From NCBI GenBank assembly GCA_030587475.2, contig JAUQYZ020000150.1:1-10550 (forward strand): DNA of 10,550 nucleotides. Direction: 5' to 3'. The DNA is from Candidatus Sigynarchaeum calidifontis (GTDB lineage: Archaea; Asgardarchaeota; Lokiarchaeia; Sigyniarchaeales; Sigyniarchaeaceae). Position numbers and translations under genes: made by a program. Below, piece after piece: positions 1-7,340 of the stretch. The notes beneath the pieces were generated by a model. It was given only the letters and a program-made list of their open reading frames with translations, did not search any database and had not been told where the DNA came from. How positions within the stretch are numbered: position 1 is the first letter of the stretch; each line of letters opens with the position of its first letter.

Positions 1-1
1 C

Positions 2-736
2 CGTGCCGACGCGATATAGCCCCTGGATATGCTTCACGCCCGCGACCAGCGCGCATATCGCGATGGTCGGGACGAAGAATATGAATGCCGCGGCGTGGTA
101 ACCGATGGCACCGAATGTAAAAAACGTGGTCGCAAATGCAACCTTGTGGCCATCCAGGATCTTCTTGGTGCCGAGCAATCCGATGTCGCGGGACCAGGGG
201 TCGTGGAGTAAAACGAAGTAATCATCGACCAGCTTCCACGCCTTGTACGAGTGCGGGATGTACGCGAGTCCAAAGACGATGGCGACGATGCAGAGCGCGA
301 TCTCGCCCGCCATCGACGCCATCACCGGTGAAGGCCACGGGAAGATGTACCAATTAAAGGCCGGGGTTGGAAAGAGAGCCGGCGCGAACATGATGATGAC
401 GGAGATGACTGCCCAGAAAAACCCGATGAGACCGGCGGCCATCGAGTTGAACAAGAACCGCGTGAAGAGCTTGAACTGCATGATGTTCCTGTCATCACCC
501 AGGACATGAATCGTGCTCATCAAGTCCCTCGTGAGCACGAGCGTGCGGAAAAATGCTATCACGCACAATGTGGCGATGAAGAAAAAGCCCGCGAGTGCCA
601 CGTGCGGGCTGGAAACGACAGAGAACGCCGATGCGATGCCGGCAATGATCGAGAAGCCGAGCGCGTATGCTGCATGGTTGGCGATCGCACGCACGATCTT
701 GCCGATCTGGAGAAAACTCGGTTGCTGCTGGCTCAT
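2..736 (-). CDS. Hypothetical multi-pass membrane protein (about 6 TM segments visible), C-terminus truncated by window edge
   Basis: Not in the ORF track because it has no stop within the window. Manual translation from ATG at 736: MSQQQPSFLQIGKIVRAIANHAAYALGFSIIAGIASAFSVVSSPHVALAGFFFIATLCVIAFFRTLVL...FLFNSMAAGLIGFFWAVISVIIMFAPALF...GEIALCIVAIVFGLAYIPHSYKAW...FATTFFTFGAIGYHAAAFIFFVPTIAICALVAGVKHIQGLYRVGT. It is open for 245 codons with GC-rich third positions and a TATA-like element about 40 nt upstream. No family recognised. Confidence 0.85.
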   Translation of the reverse strand, partial: MSQQQPSFLQIGKIVRAIANHAAYALGFSIIAGIASAFSVVSSPHVALAGFFFIATLCVIAFFRTLVLTRDLMSTIHVLGDDRNIMQFKLFTRFLFNSMAAGLIGFFWAVISVIIMFAPALFPTPAFNWYIFPWPSPVMASMAGEIALCIVAIVFGLAYIPHSYKAWKLVDDYFVLLHDPWSRDIGLLGTKKILDGHKVAFATTFFTFGAIGYHAAAFIFFVPTIAICALVAGVKHIQGLYRVGT

Positions 737-770
737 TGCTGGCGTTCCACCAGGATAGTGAGGGGAACTC

Positions 771-786
771 GCCTTTAATAAACCTA
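771..786 (-). promoter_or_regulatory. Putative archaeal TATA box for the minus-strand membrane protein
   Basis: Minus strand reads AGGTTTATTAAAGGC about 40 nt upstream of ATG 736. Confidence 0.45.
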
Positions 787-1057
787 CATCAACCAAGACC
801 GGATGAACGAGCGGGACATGAACAAGCCATTATAACAACGATTCGCCGGTTTTGGGCCATTTAGCTCGACCAAAGGCGAAAAACATCATCCTATACGGCC
901 TTGCAAGGCAAACGGTTCAATTAATGAAAGCAGTTTGCGATCCGTTCATGCACGGCAACTGGCGAATATAACCGTGCACACCATTATGTTAAAACGGTTA
1001 CATTCAAGTGGCCGATTGCAAAGGTTTAACGTAAAGCAAGCGAGGCCATGGTGCATA

Positions 1058-2038
1058 TTGGTAAAACAGGCAAGCACGGGCAAGCAGCGCGTGCCGGGGC
1101 GGCATAACTACCCGTCGAAACACGTCGACCCCGGCAGCTTTCTCGAAAACGACGAGGTGGCACGGATGCTCGATCCTGGCGAAAAGGTCTCGCAAGACGA
1201 TGCGTGCAAGATTTTTAACTGCGTGCATTGCAACGAGTGCGGGACATCGCACGAGCGCGCGCTGCTCGCGAAGAAATTCATCGAGAGTGGTTGCACGTTC
1301 GATGGCCGGGACGAGCTGGAACAAAACTTCAAGAAAACCGGCACGCCCTACCAATCCAACAAGATGCGTATCCGCGTCCCGCCGGGCATCCCGGCACGGA
1401 GCGACCGGCTGTTCTTCATGGGCTGCCTGAGCACGATCAAGCTGCCGAAATTTACCGAGGATGCCCTCAAGTATTTGCTGGCGCGCGGCATCGACTTCAC
1501 GATCCAGTCAACGGAGACGTGCTGCGGTTATCCCGCCTACGCGGCGGGCTTGTTCGGCGAGTACGAACGCGTGAAGGCCAAGAACGCGGCATTGTTCGCG
1601 CAGTACAAGGAAGTGGTCTGCTTGTGCCCCGCGTGTTATTTTCTCTTCACGTCGGACTATCCTAAACTCGACACGAGGTTCTCGTACATCTCCGAGTACC
1701 TGACCCCGCCGGCCACTAAGAAGGCCGGATCGGTCAGCGTCCAGCACATGTGCCAGCTTCAGAACCGCGGGCATCCAGAAGTGAGCGACCAAACCAACAA
1801 GCTCTTGCGCGTTTCGGGATACGAGGTAAAAGACGTGCCGCATTGGTGCTGCGGGGGCGGGAAGGGATACATGTACCGGACCGACGTGATCGACAAGATC
1901 GCCGAGACCCGGATGCAAGATTTCACGGGCGACTACATGACGACCATGTGCCCCGGCTGCTATTGGATCCTCAAGGTCTACGGCGCCAGGTGCAAGGTGG
2001 AGCCGCGATTGAAGTCTATCTTCGAATTGCTGACATGA
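1058..2038 (+). CDS. (Fe-S)-binding protein with two cysteine-rich CCG domains (HdrD/GlpC-like oxidoreductase subunit)
   Basis: N-terminal CVHCNEC motif. CCG domain 1: FFMGC...ETCCG...CLCPAC. CCG domain 2: QHMC...HWCCGGG...TMCPGC. I favour the in-frame TTG at 1058 (MVKQ...) over the track start at 935, because 935-1057 is AT-richer and contains a TATA-like AAGGTTTAAC at 1021-1030. The start remains uncertain. Confidence 0.85.
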   Translation: MVKQASTGKQRVPGRHNYPSKHVDPGSFLENDEVARMLDPGEKVSQDDACKIFNCVHCNECGTSHERALLAKKFIESGCTFDGRDELEQNFKKTGTPYQSNKMRIRVPPGIPARSDRLFFMGCLSTIKLPKFTEDALKYLLARGIDFTIQSTETCCGYPAYAAGLFGEYERVKAKNAALFAQYKEVVCLCPACYFLFTSDYPKLDTRFSYISEYLTPPATKKAGSVSVQHMCQLQNRGHPEVSDQTNKLLRVSGYEVKDVPHWCCGGGKGYMYRTDVIDKIAETRMQDFTGDYMTTMCPGCYWILKVYGARCKVEPRLKSIFELLT

Positions 2039-2065
2039 AGCCATGATTCAAGACCATCTTTACGA

Positions 2066-2101
2066 ATACTTATTTAATCCTCGACGGGTTGGTTATAACC
2101 A
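2066..2101 (+). promoter_or_regulatory. Putative promoter (TTATTTAA at 2070-2077) plus perfect 12-bp palindrome TGGTTATAACCA (2090-2101) upstream of the large surface-protein gene
   Basis: Seen directly in the AT-rich 110-bp intergenic region; function is inferred. Confidence 0.4.
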
Positions 2102-2148
2102 CGAGATCCTAATGATATAATGCATGATCAAATGACACGGGATGAAAC

Positions 2149-5100
2149 ATGCGGGTACAGATCGTCAAACTAAGGGATCAAGCAATTCCATACATCGTGC
2201 TTTCGATGATGCTCTTCGTTGCGCTGTCCACCTTGGAATCGATGCAAAATAGAGCTGGGGGGTCAAATCAATGCCTTGGAACGGTGATGAGCCCGTCGGC
2301 CATCGAGGGTACCTCGAAACCCCTTGCGATAATGCAGCAAGCAACCGTGACGCGATCTTTCTACCCCTTGAGTCTTCCCACGGACACCTCCTTCTTGTTG
2401 GTTAGCGATTGGCGCTCGAAAAACGTCACGATCGATTTCAGCGGGGTCTCGCATTACAAGGACTGGATCGCCAACGGCGCGTTCACGGGGAGTATCGCGC
2501 CTTGGGTATTTAAAACCACGCATCCCACGGATCTTTTACAAACGAGCTCGTCTGGAATCGCGCAGATTACCCTCACTACGAATAAAAATCTCCCCGCAAA
2601 TGCCTATGCATTTTTCGAGGAGAACGTGACTATACCAGAGCCGTTGGTAAGCAATAAATTGGTGTCTGTCTCTATGGACTACAATTTTGACGATGGGGCA
2701 AAAACTCCACCATCGGAAATGAGCCTTATAATATCTATCACAATAAGTGGTGTCGAGAAAAACGTCTCGGTACCCTTGACGAATCTCGTTGTAGGCGCGT
2801 GGACCGGGCTCGTGTTAACCTATAACCCACAAACTGTTGGACATGTATTACCAGGTCTTGCGATTGTACGAGTGGGAATCTACACCTATGACCCGGCAAG
2901 AACTGCATCCTTGACCCAGAGAATTTCCCTCGACAATGTCCGATTCAACATCTGGACAAGTTTGAACCAGAACGGTGCTTTGATCGTTCGGGACAACGAG
3001 TTCAATCAGAATTATTCATATCAAAATATCACTTTGGGCACGGGACGGGCGTTCATCGACGTGCAGCGGAGCCGGGCTACATCCAGCGATGTAGTTTTCA
3101 CGATTTTCAAGAATCCGGTCATCACTGAGGCGATCGAAGTGTACAACATCACGGTGAATTCTTTTGTCGAGAAACAGTTCAACTCCACGGTTGGTGTCTT
3201 GCCGGGCAGCCAATATTACACGGAAGGCTCCTCTGTCAATTGGACGACGTATTTGCATTTTGTCACTCCCTTTAATTACATGTCCCAGCGGGCCTTGATC
3301 GTGAAACCGCCGGACTGGATGGTTTTCAGCATAACAAACGGTTTCGGGATCAATCGCTTGCCGCAGTGTGTTGGAACTGGTATCGGTAGCACTACCGTGG
3401 TTATCCCAAAGGACATCTTGTACGATGGCTTGTGGAAGCTCGAAGCGACAAGCGCTAACTATGTCATCGGTGGCAACATCCAAGTATGGAACGCCGGGTC
3501 GTTCGTAAACAAGACGAGCGTGTTCGTGGGCGATGTTTTCCGTGTCACCACCCGGTTAAATGGTTCCTTGAGCTTGACGGGCAGCTCGATTGCTTGCACG
3601 ATCTTCTACCCGAACAATTCCGTCTATTTCAGCGAGACCAGGACTCCCTCTTCCTCGGAGGTGCTGTTCGGCAACTTTACCGTGGATGCCTCCAAGCCTG
3701 TCGGCCCCTACCGGGTCCAAGTCAACTGGACAAATGATCTCGATCCCTCGAAAAATGACAAGATTGGCTTGATCGATCTCGAATTCCAAGTCATCCATCA
3801 CGCCAACATCACCGCGGTCACCAGCTTTTTCCAGCGGGTTCCCGGGGAACCGCTCCTCGTGAAGGTGAAGGTCATGGACACGGATGCGAACCTGTTCTTG
3901 CCGTCGGCGGACGTCATGTTCAACACGTCGTATGGCATCTCTGGAACCATGACATACTTCGGCGCGGGCGTCTACGCCGCCGAGATAGACACGACCGCGC
4001 TCGCCTTCGGCGACCATTACTTCTCGTTCAACGCGTCGAAGGCCTGGTACATGGATTGCCATGGAACCAACCTGGTTCACGTGAAGATCGTCTCGGAATC
4101 GTTGAAATTGGAAGTGCCGCGGGATATCAAGACCGTTTCCGCGAATAGCTTTGCAGTCTATCGGCTTAACCTGACCGGCTCTATCTCCCAGATGCCTTTG
4201 CATCCGGCAACTATCACGACCGACTGGTTCAGGCCGTATACGATCACGGATCACGCCAACGGGACCTACACGCTCAACCTCTCCACCTACGAGGCCACGA
4301 CCAGGTCGACCCCGGAGACCTTCACGATCACCATCCACGCGAGCAAGACCAACTATGCCAGCACGTCCGACATCGTCATCTTGACGGTCAACCCGATCGC
4401 AACGTCCCTCCAGATGAACACGACGTTCGTGGAAGTCTATGCCGGCGATCGGTTTGCCTTGAAAGCAAACTACACGGTCGACTCGAACGGTAGCTTGATC
4501 CCGGGTGCCACGCTCGCGGTCACCTGGCCTGCTTATTACCAGGTACAGCCCGCCGGCGCCGAGTTCGTGATCACCTTCAACACGACGGCGTTGGGTATCG
4601 GCACCTACACCGGGTTGCTGAACGTGACACGCCCGGGGTTCCAAGCCCGGATCGAGAGCTTCTACGTCGTGGTGAAGCCCGTGAAAACCCAGTTGATCGT
4701 TCTCAACGCGGAGCCGATTCAATTCGCGAAAGGGACGGTGGGAAACCTGAGCTGCCGTTACCTGGCGGGCGGCGTCGATTTCTTGGGCGGCACCCTCGTC
4801 CTCATGGGCGACATCACGGGAACCTTCTCGCGGGCTGGCTCGACATATTATTTCGTGATCGACACGGCGTTGTATGCAAAGGGCACGTATTTCGTGCAAG
4901 TGTACGCGTACGGGCTGAACGTGGAATCTTACATCAAGGATGTCATATTGTCCATCGTCCCGATCCCCGCAGATGGCGTGTTGAACGCCACGTTCCTGGA
5001 GGCATCGTTCGGCAGCCAGGTACAGCTCGAAGCGAATTATACCGTGGTGGCAAACGGTAGCACGATCGCCGGCGCCACGATCCACGTCAATTGGCCTTCC

Positions 5101-6582
5101 AACTACACATATTCGTTGCTGGGCGACCGGTACGTGATCACGCTCGACACGTGGAACTTGACCATGGACACCTACGCGTGCATGGTCAAGATGGCACATC
5201 CGGATTATAACGACGTGTATGAAAACTTCCAGGTGATCGTGAGGCCCATCAAGACAAGACTCCAGGTCGACAACGCCACGCTGCACGAGTTCGTGCGGGG
5301 GGACGTTGCTACCATAAGCTGCTCGTACACGGCAAGCGGATCGCCGCTTCTCGGTGCGTCTCTATCCTTCACCGGTGCCATCACGGGCAATTTCACGTGG
5401 AACGGGAGTCGTTACGTCTTCACGTTCAACACGTCGGCATACACGTCCAAGGTATACGATGCACAAATAATGGCCACGAGGGCAAATGCAGAGACGCAAA
5501 TCGTGGATTTTCTGTTCAGGATCGTGCCCCTTAGCCTCAAGATCAATTTGACCACGAGCATCTCGATGACCTACCGGGTCGGGCAAGAAAACGACATCGT
5601 GTTCTGGATCGCCGACACGAGCCACGGCACGAACAGGACAGACCTTGTCGTGCAATTCACGATCAACTCGGTGACAACGCGCGTGTTTCCGCAACCAAAC
5701 GGCACGTACACGATATCCATCAATCAATTGAACCTGCAGCCCTCTTCAGATCCATACTTGCTCAGCATCACGGTGATCAACCCCCACGGGGAGAACGTCG
5801 TTTCCACGGTGACCATCGTGTACACGACGCAAACCATCGACTGGTGGCTGATCGTCATCGTCGCGGGCGGGGTCAGCGCGATCTTTATCGTGGCGATCGG
5901 CATCTACACGTCAGCGCGTCGCAGGCGGCGCCGGATCGAGGCGGAACGCATGGACATCATCAACAAGGCACGCGACCTCTTCAACCTCAACAACATCATC
6001 GTCCTCGACAAGCGATCCGGCATCGACATATTCGGGCAAACCTACGGCGAGTTCAAGCTGGACCCGACCCTCGTCTCTGGCTTCCTCTCGGCGATCGGCA
6101 CGTTCGGGCTCGAGCTCACGAACACGGACGAGGACTCGCAAACCATCAAGCTGGAATACAAGAAGTCGAAGATCGTGATATCCGAGTTCAAGGGCTTCCG
6201 CATCACGATGATCATGAAGGACGCCCCTTCCAGCGCCATGCTCGCGTCGCTCGACCGGTTCGCCCACGACATCGAGGAGAAATATGGCAAGCTCTTGCAA
6301 AATTTCAACGGGGAAACGACGGCATTCCAAGACATGGGAAAACTCATCGAGAAACACTTCCACGTGTCATTCGTCGCCCCGCTCAAGATCAACCCCCGCC
6401 CCAATGTCAAGCTCACGCAAGACGAGAAGCTCATCTACAACAAGGCAAACGACGTCGCGATGGCCAAGGGGATGCAGCCCTTCTATGCAAGCGAGATCTT
6501 TGCAAGCGTGGAACTCGATCACAAGGCTGTCGAAGCCTTTTTCTCGCTCATGAACAAGGGCATCATTACTCCGGCAGAATAA
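2149..6582 (+). CDS. Large single-pass surface glycoprotein / receptor-like protein: N-terminal hydrophobic signal, CBM/jelly-roll-like domain, about 7 Ig-like modules, TM helix, cytoplasmic longin-like domain and C-terminal winged helix
   Basis: N-terminal hydrophobic stretch AIPYIVLSMMLFVALS. Thr/Val/Asn-rich beta ectodomain with more than 30 N-x-S/T sequons by hand count and none after the TM. TM WWLIVIVAGGVSAIFIVAIGIYT (5842-5910) followed by six Arg (5917-5934, positive-inside). Tail LNNIIVLDKRSGIDIF...DPTLVSGFLSAIGTFGLEL...IKLEYKKSKIVISEFKGFRITMIM...LDRFAHDIEEKY has the longin beta-beta-alpha-beta-beta-beta-alpha pattern. The end LTQDEKLIY...FYASEIF...AVEAFFSLMNKGIITP is wHTH-like. Confidence 0.85.
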   Translation: MRVQIVKLRDQAIPYIVLSMMLFVALSTLESMQNRAGGSNQCLGTVMSPSAIEGTSKPLAIMQQATVTRSFYPLSLPTDTSFLLVSDWRSKNVTIDFSGVSHYKDWIANGAFTGSIAPWVFKTTHPTDLLQTSSSGIAQITLTTNKNLPANAYAFFEENVTIPEPLVSNKLVSVSMDYNFDDGAKTPPSEMSLIISITISGVEKNVSVPLTNLVVGAWTGLVLTYNPQTVGHVLPGLAIVRVGIYTYDPARTASLTQRISLDNVRFNIWTSLNQNGALIVRDNEFNQNYSYQNITLGTGRAFIDVQRSRATSSDVVFTIFKNPVITEAIEVYNITVNSFVEKQFNSTVGVLPGSQYYTEGSSVNWTTYLHFVTPFNYMSQRALIVKPPDWMVFSITNGFGINRLPQCVGTGIGSTTVVIPKDILYDGLWKLEATSANYVIGGNIQVWNAGSFVNKTSVFVGDVFRVTTRLNGSLSLTGSSIACTIFYPNNSVYFSETRTPSSSEVLFGNFTVDASKPVGPYRVQVNWTNDLDPSKNDKIGLIDLEFQVIHHANITAVTSFFQRVPGEPLLVKVKVMDTDANLFLPSADVMFNTSYGISGTMTYFGAGVYAAEIDTTALAFGDHYFSFNASKAWYMDCHGTNLVHVKIVSESLKLEVPRDIKTVSANSFAVYRLNLTGSISQMPLHPATITTDWFRPYTITDHANGTYTLNLSTYEATTRSTPETFTITIHASKTNYASTSDIVILTVNPIATSLQMNTTFVEVYAGDRFALKANYTVDSNGSLIPGATLAVTWPAYYQVQPAGAEFVITFNTTALGIGTYTGLLNVTRPGFQARIESFYVVVKPVKTQLIVLNAEPIQFAKGTVGNLSCRYLAGGVDFLGGTLVLMGDITGTFSRAGSTYYFVIDTALYAKGTYFVQVYAYGLNVESYIKDVILSIVPIPADGVLNATFLEASFGSQVQLEANYTVVANGSTIAGATIHVNWPSNYTYSLLGDRYVITLDTWNLTMDTYACMVKMAHPDYNDVYENFQVIVRPIKTRLQVDNATLHEFVRGDVATISCSYTASGSPLLGASLSFTGAITGNFTWNGSRYVFTFNTSAYTSKVYDAQIMATRANAETQIVDFLFRIVPLSLKINLTTSISMTYRVGQENDIVFWIADTSHGTNRTDLVVQFTINSVTTRVFPQPNGTYTISINQLNLQPSSDPYLLSITVINPHGENVVSTVTIVYTTQTIDWWLIVIVAGGVSAIFIVAIGIYTSARRRRRRIEAERMDIINKARDLFNLNNIIVLDKRSGIDIFGQTYGEFKLDPTLVSGFLSAIGTFGLELTNTDEDSQTIKLEYKKSKIVISEFKGFRITMIMKDAPSSAMLASLDRFAHDIEEKYGKLLQNFNGETTAFQDMGKLIEKHFHVSFVAPLKINPRPNVKLTQDEKLIYNKANDVAMAKGMQPFYASEIFASVELDHKAVEAFFSLMNKGIITPAE
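4393..5526 (+). repeat. Intragenic tandem duplication of a two-domain unit (2 x 567 nt = 2 x 189 aa; A 95 aa + B 94 aa)
   Basis: Copy 1 (4393-4959): PIATSLQMNTTFVE...ANYTVDSNGSLIPGATLAVTWP...PVKTQL...SCRY...GDITGTF. Copy 2 (4960-5526): PIPADGVLNATFLE...ANYTVVANGSTIAGATIHVNWP...PIKTRL...SCSY...GAITGNF. The domain-boundary prolines fall at identical offsets (4393/4960/5527 and 4678/5245). Confidence 0.85.
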
Positions 6583-6603
6583 ACGCCACGTGAAGTAAAC
6601 GGG

Positions 6604-6660
6604 ATGAAGATATATATGCAACCGCGGACGACATCTCGATTGCTATCAACCGACGGGGTG
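6604..6660 (+). promoter_or_regulatory. Putative internal promoter (GAAGATATATATG) and SD-like GGGGTG upstream of the Rag-like GTPase
   Basis: TATA-like run at about 6609-6617. GGGGTG at 6655-6660 lies 8 nt before TTG 6669. Confidence 0.4.
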
Positions 6661-6668
6661 CAAGAACC

Positions 6669-7298
6669 TTGGTAAAAAAAGTCTGTTTCATCGGCCCCCC
6701 CGCTGCGGGCAAGACCACGCTGCGCCGGTTCTTCTTCGAGGGGATACCTGCAGACCTGCTCATGAAGCGGCAAGAACCGCCCTCGATAGGCTTGAAGCAC
6801 GACGTGTTCGATTATATCTTCATGTACCCGCCGGAAACGAAGAAACCCTCCCCCGCGAAGGTGCCGTTCAAGCTTGCCCTCGTCGACACGTCGGGCCAGG
6901 AGATGGAGAAATGGGTCACGACCCAGCGCAAGGAGGTTTTTTCCGGGACAGATCTGGTTTTTTTCATCTTCGACGTGAGCGAGTGGGCAGACCCTGTCCG
7001 CCGGCAATTCATCTGCGACTATATCTGGTTCGTGTTGCGGACCAGGAACGAGCTCGCGCCTTCCGCACTGTTTTATATCCTCGCGCACAAGTACGACAAG
7101 ATTGCCGGCAAGCGGAGCGACATGAACAAAACACGTCGAGATGTTTCCGAGGGTATCAAGGATTATTTGTTCAAGAAAAAGGAACTGGTTGTTTCCCTTC
7201 ACGTTTCTGTAACGAGCTTGCATAAAAATTACCGCAACCACACGTTTTCGACATTGCTCGACCTCATGACCGATTCGATGCAAGACCTCCTGGAATGA
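6669..7298 (+). CDS. Stand-alone Rag/Gtr-like small GTPase (no C-terminal roadblock domain)
   Basis: G1 GPPAAGKT, G2 PPSIG, G3 DTSGQ, G4 HKYD, G5 TSL. The HKxD G4 and TS[IL] G5, together with the segment F-x3-D-x-V-F-F-I-F-D-V-S, are characteristic of the Rag/Gtr1 family rather than Rab (NKxD/SAK). TTG start. Confidence 0.8.
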   Translation: MVKKVCFIGPPAAGKTTLRRFFFEGIPADLLMKRQEPPSIGLKHDVFDYIFMYPPETKKPSPAKVPFKLALVDTSGQEMEKWVTTQRKEVFSGTDLVFFIFDVSEWADPVRRQFICDYIWFVLRTRNELAPSALFYILAHKYDKIAGKRSDMNKTRRDVSEGIKDYLFKKKELVVSLHVSVTSLHKNYRNHTFSTLLDLMTDSMQDLLE

Positions 7299-7340
7299 CT
7301 CCCATCCCCGCAACAAACGACAAGCGCGCGAGGATATCCA

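Noticed and set aside
29-864. Several short plus-strand ORFs
   Set aside because: Shadows of the real minus-strand membrane protein gene.
935-1057. N-terminal extension of the Fe-S ORF as given in the track
   Set aside because: AT-richer, contains promoter-like and symmetric elements, and the translation is not protein-like. A later start (TTG 1058) is more plausible.
3556-5286. 576-aa minus-strand ORF
   Set aside because: Codon-aligned antisense shadow of the surface protein. It is rich in Arg/Asp/His/Val with no motifs, as expected opposite a high-GC3 gene.
4393-5526. Diversity-generating retroelement TR/VR pair or CRISPR-like repeat
   Set aside because: The repeat is a diverged in-frame protein-domain duplication without adenine-specific mismatches. 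No reverse transcriptase, cas gene or spacer array is present in the window.
5844-6593. 249-aa alternative-frame plus-strand ORF
   Set aside because: Arg/His/Gln/Pro-rich off-frame product typical of GC-rich coding DNA; overlaps the well-formed receptor tail.
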